Shown piece by piece: positions 46,085-58,000 of a stretch of DNA of 64,000 nucleotides. This DNA comes from Nemertoderma westbladi (lineage: Eukaryota > Animalia > Xenacoelomorpha). A program made the position numbers and the translations under genes. The notes under the pieces are model-generated. The model was given only the letters and a program-made list of their open reading frames with translations. It was not told the DNA's origin and ran no database searches. Every line of letters starts with the position of its first letter. Position 1 is the first letter of the stretch. The stretch lies in the NCBI GenBank assembly GCA_032718475.1, contig JAUCBJ010003333.1:1-64000 (forward strand), given 5' to 3'.

Positions 46085-49000
46085 CTGCAAATAATGAAAT
46101 AACAACACAAACTAAGCAGATGATTATAATAAATTATAATTGATTAATAATAAAATATTATTTACAATTTACAAATATTAATAGGGTATTGTTCTACTTC
46201 TAATATGGTATGTCCGGCTGTCCGGTACAATGCCAGACAACTGTAGCCTGTAGGCTGAGGTAAAAGTGGATGCTGGAGCGACACAACCGGTCCATATAAT
46301 ATAAGCAGCATGCAAGCAAGATATATAGGCCCGTGCCATAGACAGTAAAGGGGATAATGAAATAGGCCTATACTGTATATATCCATACCAACTCCCCCTT
46401 TAGGCGATTTTGTCAGTTCAAAATTGTTTACAGTGAACCCCATACAACATATTATAGTTTAAAAATAATAAATGACTACACATTATTCTAGTGTAATAAT
46501 TAATTGTTATAGTCTCCAAATCTAACAGTAGGTTTTGTTACACGAGTGCTGCGGCGTATTACACTCTTACTTTCAGTTTCCAATTCCGGTGTTGGAACTG
46601 TTTTCTGTTGGATTGGGTTCGGTGGTGTTTCGAGTTCAATGACCTCGTGGTAGCGACGGAGAAAACGTCTGTTTCGCCACCATGTACGACCTGAAGGTAG
46701 TTTAACGTGGTAGTCTCGTCGTTTTCCGGCCCCAACTATAATACCGACACGATCCCAACGTTTAGATCTGGAGTCTTGCAGGCAAACTTTTGTGCCTATT
46801 AGGAATGGTTTGAGGTCCCGCGCCGTTGAATTGTAGTGTTTGACGGCTTTCTCGCGAATAGTTTCGTGTCGTGTGTCAGCTGTCTCGGCTGACTGCTGCC
46901 ATTTCGGGTCAAATGAAGTGTGATGGGCTGGTACACGCGATCGCAGGTTGCGCCCAAAAACGATCTGGCTTGGTGAGCGACCATCCGCGTGTGGTGTGTT
47001 TCGTACCTCGAGTAAACCTTCGAGGAATTCCTCAGAATTTATGTCTGAGGTTGTCGTTTTTGCCAATATAACTTTAATGAGTTTTACGTGGCATTCCGCG
47101 TCCGCGTGCCCGTTACTGGACGGCGTACTAGGCGCCCATTCGACCCCCCAACGTTGCAGGAATTTCCTAAAGTTGGATGTGGCGAATTGAGGTCCTCCAT
47201 CGCTTCAAAGTTTGGTTGGAACGCCTAAGTCGACGAAACATTTCCGTAACAAGCTGACGACTTGTTGTGATGTTGGGTCATTACGCCATTGACCAACGAG
47301 TGGATAACCAGATAACAAATCTGTGCAAACAATGTAGTGTCGGCCGGCGAGAGAGAATAGGTCTGTCAATGCATGTTCAAAGGGTCTGGTTGGCTGTGGG
47401 TCGGCAACCAACGTCTCCTTCGGCAGGCTTGGTAGTCGTTCTTGGCACTGATGACATTGCTGAACCATTTGGATTATGTCATTGTTTATTCCCGGCCAGT
47501 AGACTGCGGACCGCGCTCTTTGTTTTGTCCGCGTCATACCCTGGTGGGCGGCATGTAGGCGTTCTAGAATTTCGGCTCGTTTCGCACTAGGTATAACCAG
47601 GCGTGGACCATATAATACCAGGCCGTTATCTACGGAGAGTTCGTTATGTATGGATTTAAATTGCTGGACGAATCCGGAGGTGTGGTTTTCAGTTGTGAAG
47701 CCGCTTAGGATTTCAGTAACTAATTGCAGATAGGCCTTATCGTTTAAGGCTACCTTCCGGATTTCCTCGATAATGGGGTCTGTTGTAGGTGGTTCTAGAA
47801 CGTTTTCAGGATCTAAGTCCCGAGTATCAGTCAATGCTATCCGTATAGCTGCTATGGTTCTTGTGACATCGTCATCTTCCTTTAATAATTCATCAGTGGT
47901 ATCGGGGTCATCCACTGGAGCTCGGCTGAGACAGTCTGCAATTTTATTGTCTTTACCTTTTTGCCACACTAATTCAAATTGATATTTCGATTGCAGCTGA
48001 GCTTTAATTTGCTGGAGTTTTGTATTATCGACTTGATCCAGGGTTTGTTTATTGAAGATTGAAAGTAAAGGCCGATGGTCAGTCATAACTTTAAAACTTT
48101 ATAATCCAGCTAAATATAGGTGGCATTTACTCATTGCATATTTTATAACAATGGCTTCCAATTCTATTGAGGCATACCGGGTTTCGGCATCCGATATAAA
48201 TCGGCTTCCACAGGCAATGAACTTCCATTTATTATTATTATTTTGCAGTAAATCGAAGCCAAATCCGTTCAATCGACTGGCGTCTACTTCTAACCATGTT
48301 TCTGCGTGCGGATCGAAGGGTACCAGGATTGGAGGTTTTAGAAGTGTGGATTTAACAGCCTCGAATGCATTATCATGCATTATTTCCCATGTAAAATGGT
48401 TGCGAGTTCATACTCGCGCAATGGAGTCGCTGCAGCACTGCCTTCCGAGGAAAAGCAACCGAGTTGGTTAACGAGTCCCATAAAACTTCTGAGTTCACTT
48501 ATGTTAGTTGGTTTGGGAAACTCGGAGATTGCCTTTACTTTGTTGGGGTCTGCCTCGATGCCGTTGTGTGAAACGATATATCCTGCGAACTTTACTCGTT
48601 CTTGAGCAAAGTTGAACTTTTCAGGATGGAGGGTGATGCGACCTACTCATCGGTTTAAGTTGGCCTTTGATGGCAAAGACGTCACTAAACTCTTCCAGAA
48701 GTTTTTGTTTTATTTTGTCTACGAGTTCAGCATCTATGTTAATAGGTGCAACCACTTGATTTTCCTTCACTAAATGGAGTGGTATGGGGAATTCGTCGTG
48801 GACGATGTTGAAGGCTTTACAAGCTGTAAAGGAAAGATAAATATCTTTAATTCCGTCACAAATATAAACCCATTCGTTGTAACGCATGTTTTCAATCTGT
48901 AGAGTTAGTTTTAAATGTCCCATACATTTTATTGGATTGCTGTTTATTGCTTCCAGTGGCTCGTCTAATTCTCTAAGTTTATTTATAGATATACCGAGGC

Positions 49001-52000
49001 GATTTAGAATACCGATTCCACCAGCGGTGACGTCTGCGCCGGTGTCTGCAATGCAAGCGCTTGTTGTTAGCAGTTTCCCCGTACCGGTATGCACGAATTG
49101 TACGGAGATGCGAGGTTTACCGGCCTCCCAGGCTAGTTCGCGTGGTTCGAGCCAATTTTCGCGAGGGAAATCGCACCGGAAGTTGCCTTCTTTGGTTGGC
49201 GACATAGATGGGTGCCTGTATGGAATCCATCCAAAAAGTGCGCCGGATAGCGCGCCGACCAATTTTTATGCGCGCCGCGCGCCGATGCCATTTCGAAGAT
49301 AAACCCCACGCCAACTAAATTTTTAAGCACGCCGATGCAATTTCGAAGAAACCCCGCGCCAACTAAATTTTTAAGCGCGCCACACATTGAAACAATTTTG
49401 AAGAGCGCCACGCCAATGCAAATTCAATTTTGAGGGAGTGTAACCAATCTGTTTCTGAATCTGAATCAATTTTTAAACAGCTAATGCTATTTTTAAGGCA
49501 CTTATCCATAATTGTTAAACCTGTAATGCTGTAGCCTAAACTAACAAATCGGCGCCGGTTTTTTTTTTGGGAGCGCCACGCGCCGCGGCCGCCCTATATC
49601 TGTATACAACAGTAGCCTAACCACTGAACCATATAACAGAAAAAGAAAGGCGAGCAAAGCGAGCCGAAATTTTTAAACAGCTAATGCTATTTTTAAGGCA
49701 CTTATCCATAATTGTTAAACCTGTAAACTAACAAATCGGCGCCGGTTTTTATTTTTGGGAGCGCCACGCGCCAAAGCTGAAAGCCGGCGCGCTTTACGAT
49801 TTTCAAGCGCGCCGCGCGCCACGCGCCTAAGTCGGCGCGCTTTACGATTTACGAGCGCGCCACGCGCCACATTGGCGCGCTTTTATTGCAAAGTGCGCCG
49901 GATTAATCCGGCGCAAAGTGTATGGATTCCAGTCTGGGATGGGTGAAGTGGCCGATACGTTCACATTTTTTGCATTCGCGGCCAATGGCTTTACACAGTT
50001 TATCTTTCTCGTGAGGTCAAACTCCACCATATTTCCATCAGCGATTATTGTCTCGTATTTGTGGATGGGGTTTGAATTGTCGACCTTTACTGGAGCTCCG
50101 TTGGCTATCTGACTTACTAAAATTACGCCCTCGGTTCTGAGGTTTAACTGCGTTAACTTTGTATGTCAGTCGTAGTTCTTCCCGAACAGCCAGCTCCCGA
50201 TTACGGCAAAAATCGACAGTTTCATCGCGGGATAGGGCAAGCCTTTTACCCAAAAGTTCCTGGCGTACCTCCTCATCCCGTATACCGCAAACTATTAAAG
50301 TGGAGATCCAGTCATCCTTTGTCATAACTTCGATGTTTGCGTCATCCACCAGTTCGCACAACTGAATGTAGTAATCGTCGAACGACTGTTTGTCTTCCTG
50401 TTTAGTCCGTACCAGTTTGTAGCGGTCTACAGTTATATTCTGTTGTGCGCGGAGGTGTTCCCGTATTTTTACAAGGATTTCGTCCATTGACAGTCGGGTA
50501 TCTTGAGGAATTTTGACAGCATAATGCATCCGGTTCAGGAAATCAGGGCTGCAATAGGGTATGAAAAGAACGTTGCCACCTGATCTTCCATCGGTTTGCT
50601 GTCGAGTTTTGTCACCCGGGCATAATTGCGCCATGTTGTCTCCCACCATTTAAATGTTTTGTAGGAAACGTCATCCTCGATAATGTTTGGCGGGTGTACT
50701 GTACAGTGAGTTTGGTTGCCTCGCGGTCTTGGGGACGTCTGGAGCTTCCGTGTGTTGCCGATCCCGGGCCCGCAGCTGCTATTACGTCGCGCTCTTCCCG
50801 CAATCCCTCAAGTAAACGCTGTTGGTTTGATCGACGAGGTAGAGGAGTTGTCTGTGCTCTTCCGCCCGTTCTCGTCGTTCAACCCGCTGTTCTTCCATTC
50901 GTTTAGCATCCTGGTCGACAAAGTGCGCGAAGAGTTTAGCTAAATCGGAACCTCCGACTTCTCCGGTTTGTTCAGGTTCTGATTCTGCTCCTTCTACGAA
51001 CTTTAGCAACCGTTTTCTAAGAACTGTTGTTGCCGTTCTGTCGCTGTGCTTAATTCCGGCATTTGCGAGGTGTGCTTTAATAGTCGCCCGGTCAAGGTGT
51101 TCTATCAAAGCTGGATCAATTTCCCACGTTTCATCCTGGGTTGGGAGTTCGTCCATCACGCAAATTAAATATGTTTTTTTAATATATGAAAATTCCAATT
51201 ATTAATTATTAAGTAAACAACGTCAGAACGTGCAGAAGTGCAGTCGATCGATGATGGATCGGTGATATTGCAGTGCAGTTTATTGCGTAAGTTCAAGCGC
51301 AGCGCGGTACTGGTACTGCGCCTATCTCACACGCCATGGTATGTCCGGCTGTCCAGTACATAGCCAGACAACTGTAGCCTGTAGGCTGAGGTAAAAGTGG
51401 ATGCTGGAGCGACACAACCGGTCCATATAATATAAGCAGCATGCAAGCAAGATATATAGGCCCGTGCCATAGACAGTAAAGGGGATAATGAAATAGGCCT
51501 ATACTGTATATATCCATACCATAATAGAGAGGGATATTTATAATACCGGTACGAATAATCTGCTATCCAATATTAAGTAATATCCATGCTATGGGGGGGG
51601 GGGTCTTTTTTTAAATTTCTTTGTAATACATCTGTATCTTTGAGTCAACATCGTTGGAAAAACAGAGATTTCGTGACTTTTCATAAAGTTTAATGGGCAA
51701 TCCAACAGAGCAAACGCCAAAACATCTCTTTCGTCCCTTTCTTGTACCCATCTCAGTATTTTCTGTGCTAAAATTGCAACAGATTTTATTATAACTTTTC
51801 GTTGGCACAGCTTTTGCAAAGTCGTCTATGACATCCAGATGGGATAGAACTGGTGACCTCCGGGTTGGAAGTTTGACGCTCTAACCATTCAGCTAGCGGC
51901 CAGGCAAAAGATAGAACTGGAAATAACAATTCTATCTGGTAAATAAAGTGTCACAGTACGCCGATGATGCAAAGTTTTTTATAATTGATGATGACGCTGA

Positions 52001-55000
52001 TGTTCTAGAATTCCTACTAGTTTTATTATAACAATTTTCTCTGGTCTCAGGCCTCGAACTAAAATGAATCCAAAACCGAAATTATCCGTATCGGCAAAAC
52101 AAAGAATTCTAGAGTGAAACTATGCCCCCATCGTAAATTAAAATGGTTAGAGCCGGATTAACCCTTCAATGTCCTCGGTGTTTTAATATCCTCTGATACT
52201 ACCAAAATAGAAAAAATGAATTTTACACGATGCATTAAAAAAGTTAAGATGACAATAAATTTATGGAGAAAACATAAGCTGACACTTTTAGGTAGAGCTA
52301 CCATCATTAAATCACTCATACTGCCAAAATTTATGTATAGCTTCTCGTGTTTGAAAACACTATCGCAAACTACCATGAACAATGACATTAAACGACATTT
52401 TGTGGGAAGGAAAACCTCCAAAATTCAAACATAATATACTTATTGCGGATATTACAACTGGGGGTATAAAACTGCCAGACATAGTGGAGTATGCAAAAAG
52501 TCAGAAAATAAAAAGGATAGCTAAAATCTCTAAAAGAGAAAGCTAAGTTATATGGAACGAACTCGCATGAAATAGCTTTACAACAAGTATAAATAATGAG
52601 ATTTTTATATGTTGCTGTAACTTACACGAGAAGGTATGGGCCTGTGTAAAAATGAATTCTGGGAAGAAGTTCTTGCTATCTGGTGCAAACTTATTAATAC
52701 ATGTGATCAGAAAGACACAGATCTACAAGAAACAAAAATAATAAATTAAGATTACATCTGGCTTAATTCCAAAATAAAAATTAACAATAAACCACTATTT
52801 TGGCCAGATTGGATCTCAAAAGGAGTATATTTATTGTGCCACTTAATTGCACCAGTAGCTAACAATCAGTTCCGTTATATAAGTCTCATCGATGCTATTA
52901 CGCCGACCCACAGAAAGAAACTAAGAACTAAAATTCAAAGTCCAGCCTTTATAAAATCTCATTATATTTTAGGAGTAGTGGGGTCAACAAACCGCGCGTA
53001 CCTCACTTTCATACATGAAAAAATACAAACAAATAAATTAATAATTTAATTAATAATTAATTTGAAAATAAATAATTCAATATTAAAATATAAATTTAAA
53101 GCTGTGCCCAACAAAAAGTTATAGGGCCAAATAATTTGATAAATGAATTGAATTAAATGAATGGATAAAATAAATTATTTTTTCCATTTCTGAACAAAAC
53201 ATTTAACATCACACCATAATAATTTGAAACCACTCATTCGCCCTAACACCAATAATAAAAGATTTTATGGCTCACTAAAATTAATTTATTTGCAGTATTG
53301 CGGTATTTTTGCAGGGAGCAGGTGAGAGGCGTATTGTTGCAAAGGCTGCCTGGGGGTACATGTTGTGACAGGAGAAACAGTTAAGAAGATTATTTTTTCG
53401 ATTCAGTTATTCAGTACTGAGTAATAAATAGCCTTTCAAATAAATGTAAAGTGCATTTTTTATTCGTATGAAATTAAATTTTCTGCTAACTTATTTCATA
53501 GACTAAATTTAGTGAATTTGTTATCGATATTTCGCTTATTCCACTTTTCGTTGTTTCATTCTCGAGTTATGGAAACTTTTGTAATTTTCACCCAAAATTG
53601 AAAAATTTGTAATTTTGGTGCAGCACCACATTTGACACCAAAAAATGATCATAAAACACACAAAAATTTCGAAATATCTTGCCATTTACGGATTCAGCGC
53701 CGAAACTTACTACTAGAGGTACTTCTTCAGCCGTTAGGCCAGGGTTTCCTCCACTAGAGTTTCCTCAGGGGGACCGCGCTGGAAATAGTAATCATACGTT
53801 AACGTTGTGCGTATTGCACAACGTTAACGTATGATTACTATTTCCAGCGCGGTCCCCCTGAGGAAACTCTAGTACTCATTTAACTTCCATTTAAGTTTGC
53901 AAGGCAGATTTTGCGCCCTGGCTTTAAAACATTCTCGCCGGCCTCCATGCGGGGATCAAAAACACGACCTCCGGAGAGATATGAACCACTACACCAAGAA
54001 GGTGGGACTAACATACATGTCGCACAATCTCAGAATTGAGTTAACAGACTCCATCTCATGCTGCACAATTTCCGAATTGAGTTAACAGACTCCGTATCAT
54101 GCTGCACAATCTCCGGATTGAGTTAACAGACTACGTCTCATGTCGCACAATCTCCGGATTGAGTTAACAGACTCCGTCTCATGTCACACAATCTCCGTAT
54201 TGAGTTAACAGACTCCGTATCATGTCGCACAATCTCTGGATTGAGTTAACAGACTCCGTCTCATGTCGCACAATCTCCGGAATGAGTTAACAGACTCCGT
54301 ATCATGTCGCACAATCTCCGGATTGAGTTAACAGACTCCGTATCATGTCGCACAATCTCCGGATTCAGTTAACAGACTCCGTCTCATGTCGCACAATCTC
54401 TGGATTGAGTTAACAGACTCCGTATCATGTCGCACAATCTACGGATTGAGTTAACAGACTACGTATCATGCTGCACAATCTCCGGATTGAGTTAACAGAC
54501 TAGGTCTCATGTCGCACAATCTCTGGATTGAGTTAACAGACTCCGTCTCATGTCGCACAATCTCCGGAATGAGTTAACAGACTCCGTATCATGTCGCACA
54601 ATCTCCGGATTCAGTTAACAGACTCCGTCTCATGTCGCACAATCTCTGGATTGAGTTAACAGACTCCGTATCATGTCGCACAATCTACGGATTGAGTTAA
54701 CAGACTACGTATCATGCTGCACAATCTCCGGATTGAGTTAACAGACTAGGTCTCATGTCGCACAATCTCTGGATTGAGTTAACAGACTCCGTCTCATGTC
54801 GCACAATCTCCGGAATGAGTTAACAGACTCCGTATCATGTCGCACAATCTCCGGATTGAGTTAACAGACTAGGTCTCAAGTCGCACAATCTCCGGATTGA
54901 GTTAACAGACTCCTTCTCATGTCACACAATCTCCGTATTGAGTTAACAGACTCCGTATCATGTCGCACAATCTCTGGATTGAGTTAACAGACTCCGTCTC

Positions 55001-58000
55001 ATGTCGCACAATCTCCGGATTGAGTTAACAGACTCCTTCTCATGTCGCACAATCTCCGGATTGAGTTAACAGACTCCGTATCATGTCGCACAATCTCCGG
55101 ATTGAGTTAACAGACTCCGTATCATGCTGCACAATCTCCGGATTGAGTTAACAGAATCCGTATCATGTCGCACAATCTCCAGATTAAGTTAACAGACTCC
55201 TTCTCATGTCGCACAATCTCTGGATTGTGTTAACAGACTCCGTATCATGTCGCACAATCTCCGGATTGAGTTAACAGACTCCTTCTCATGTCGCACAATC
55301 TCTGGATTGTGTTAACAGACTCCGTATCAGGCTGCACAATCTCCGGATTGAGTTAACAGACTACGTCTCATGTCGCACAATCTCCGGATTGAGTTAACAG
55401 ACTACGTCTCATGTCGCACAATCTCCGAATTGAGTTAACAGACTACGTCTCATGTCGCACAATCTCCGGATTGAGTTAACAGACTACGTCTCATGTCGCA
55501 CAATCTCCGAATTGAGTTAACAGACTACGTCTCATGTCGCACAATCTCCGGATTGAGTTAACAGACTACGTCTCATGTCGCACAATTTCCGGATTAAGTT
55601 AACAGACTACGTCTCATGTCGCACAATCTCCGGATTGAGTTAACAGACTACGTCTCATGTCGCACAATTTCCGGATTGAGTTAACAGACTACGTCTCATG
55701 TCGCACAATCCCGGATTGAGTTAACAGACTACGTCTCATGTCGCACAATCTCCGGATTGAGTTAACAGACTCCGTATCATGTCGCACAATCTCCGGATTG
55801 AATTAACAGACTACGTCTCATGTCGCACAATCTCCGGATTGAGTTAACAGACTACGTCTCATGTCGCACAATCTCCGGATTGAGTTAACAGACTCCGTAT
55901 CATGTCGCACAATCTCCGGATTGAATTAACAGACTACGTTTCATGTCGCACAATCTTCGGATTGAGTTAACAGACTACGTTTCATGTTGCACAATCTCCG
56001 AATTGAGTTAACAGACTCCGTATCATGTCGCACAATCTCCGGATTGAGTTAACAGACTACGTCTCATGTCGCACAATCTCCGGAATGAGTTAACAGACTC
56101 CGTCTCATGTCGCACAATCTCCGGATTCAGTTAACAGACTACGTCTCATGTCGCACAATCTCCGGAATGAGTTAACAGACTCCGTCTCATGTCGCACAAT
56201 CTCCGGATTCAGTTAACAGACTCCGTATCATGTCGCACAATCTCCAGATTTAGTTAACAGACTCCGGCTCATGCTGCACAATCTCCAGATTCAGTTAACA
56301 GACTCCGTATCATGTCGCACAATCTCCAGATTTAGTTAACAGACTCCGGCTCATGCTGCACAATCTCCAGATTCAGTTAACAGACTCCGTATCATGTCGC
56401 ACAATCTCCGGATTGAGTTAACAGACTACGTCTCATGTCGCACAATCTCCGGAATGAGTTAACAGACTCCGTCTCATGTCGCACAATCTCCGGATTCAGT
56501 TAACAGACTCCGTATCATGTCGCACAATCTCCAGATTTAGTTAACAGACTCCGGCTCATGCTGCACAATCTCCAGATTCAGTTAACAGACTCCGTATCAT
56601 GTCGCACAATCTCCAGATTTAGTTAACAGACTCCGGCTCATGCTGCACAATCTCCAGATTCAGTTAACAGACTCCGTATCATGTCGCCCAATCTCCGGAT
56701 TCAGTTAACAGACTCCGTCTCATGTCGCACAATCTCCGGATTGAGTTAACAGACTCCGTCTTTTGTCGCACAATCTCCGTATTGAGTTAACAGACTCCGT
56801 CCCATGTCGCACACTCTCTGAATTGAGTTAACAGACTCCGTCTCATGTCGCACAATCTCCGGATTGAGTTAACAGACTCCGTCTCATGTCGCACAATCCG
56901 GATTGAGTTAACAGATTCCGTATCATGTCGACAATCTCCGGATTGAGTTAACAGACTACGTCTCAAGTCGCACAATCTCCGGATTGAGTTAACAGACTCC
57001 GTCTCCAGTCGCACAATCTCTCGATTGAGTTAACAGACTCCGTCTGATGTCGCACAACCTCCGGATTGAGTTAACAGACTCCGTCTGATGTCGCACAACC
57101 TCCGGATTGAGTTAACAGACTCCTTCTTATGTCGCACAATCTCCAGATTCAGTTAACAGTCCCCTGTAACATTGCCCTGAGTCGCTCAAAAATTACGTAA
57201 ACTTAGATTTTACAAACTTATGTACAGTATATTCTGTGCTACATTAATTAATATTATACCATCTACATTAATCAATAATGTTGGGTATTATTATGTATTT
57301 GTGTTTATCTGTTATATAAGTTTATGCAACTATTGAACGGTCGGTGCGCTTATTGTATTTGTTAATTATTTAATTATTGTTAAATGATTTGCATTTCGTC
57401 ATTAAAACTAATTAAATAACTATTAGAAAGACTGTTGAGTGGAAACTCACTCAGGTAATGGGTAACTTACACCTTATCCATTAACTACGTATTATTCCAT
57501 AGTATGTTACTGGGATAGATTGTGCGAATTTTATAATTCAGCTCAATGTCTCTCACTTACTTCTATACATTTTTACGTAGGTTATACAGTGTGTTACATA
57601 TTTAGTTGACACACTTACCATCATTGCATAACTCTTGAACTGCGAATTCCCGTGACTTTTTGTAAAATCCCGATGTTTTTGGAGCCATCAATCCGACTTG
57701 AATTATGTCGCACCTTTCTGTCCCAGTGAGGTTCGCACATAGTCGACGGATTGTCGATCGGAATATTTCCTGTTCTGCTTTTTGGTCTTCCGAAAGTTTC
57801 TGGTCAGCCAATTCGTAATCAGCAATAAGATTCGCAGGTCCACTGAACTTAATCTTTGATTTAATCCAAAGAATGTTAGTTAGTAGTTGGTGTCTTTCTT
57901 CCCAGAGAGTTGCTTTCGCCATATGATTAGCAAGGAATTCATACTTATAGTTGGAAAGTTTCTGTCCCTCCTCCGCTAATTTCAATTCATTGAACTTATA

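Larger units (their letters stand above)
46206..51521 (-). mobile_element. Ty3/Gypsy LTR retrotransposon (short LTRs, 5-bp TSD, Mag-like), RT core deleted, within the intron
   Basis: 185-bp LTRs at 46206-46390 and 51337-51521 (3 mismatches). TSD TAATA at 46201-46205 and 51522-51526. PPT at 46391-46400. PBS TGGCGTGTGAGATAGG at 51321-51336. Confidence 0.95.

Noticed and set aside
48621-49262. 213-aa ORF as an intact protease gene
   Set aside because: The N-terminus derives from the MITE and an off-frame gag end; the C-terminus runs into the RT deletion.
54016-57159. CRISPR array
   Set aside because: Units are head-to-tail with no unique spacers, there are no cas genes, and the context is a eukaryotic intron.
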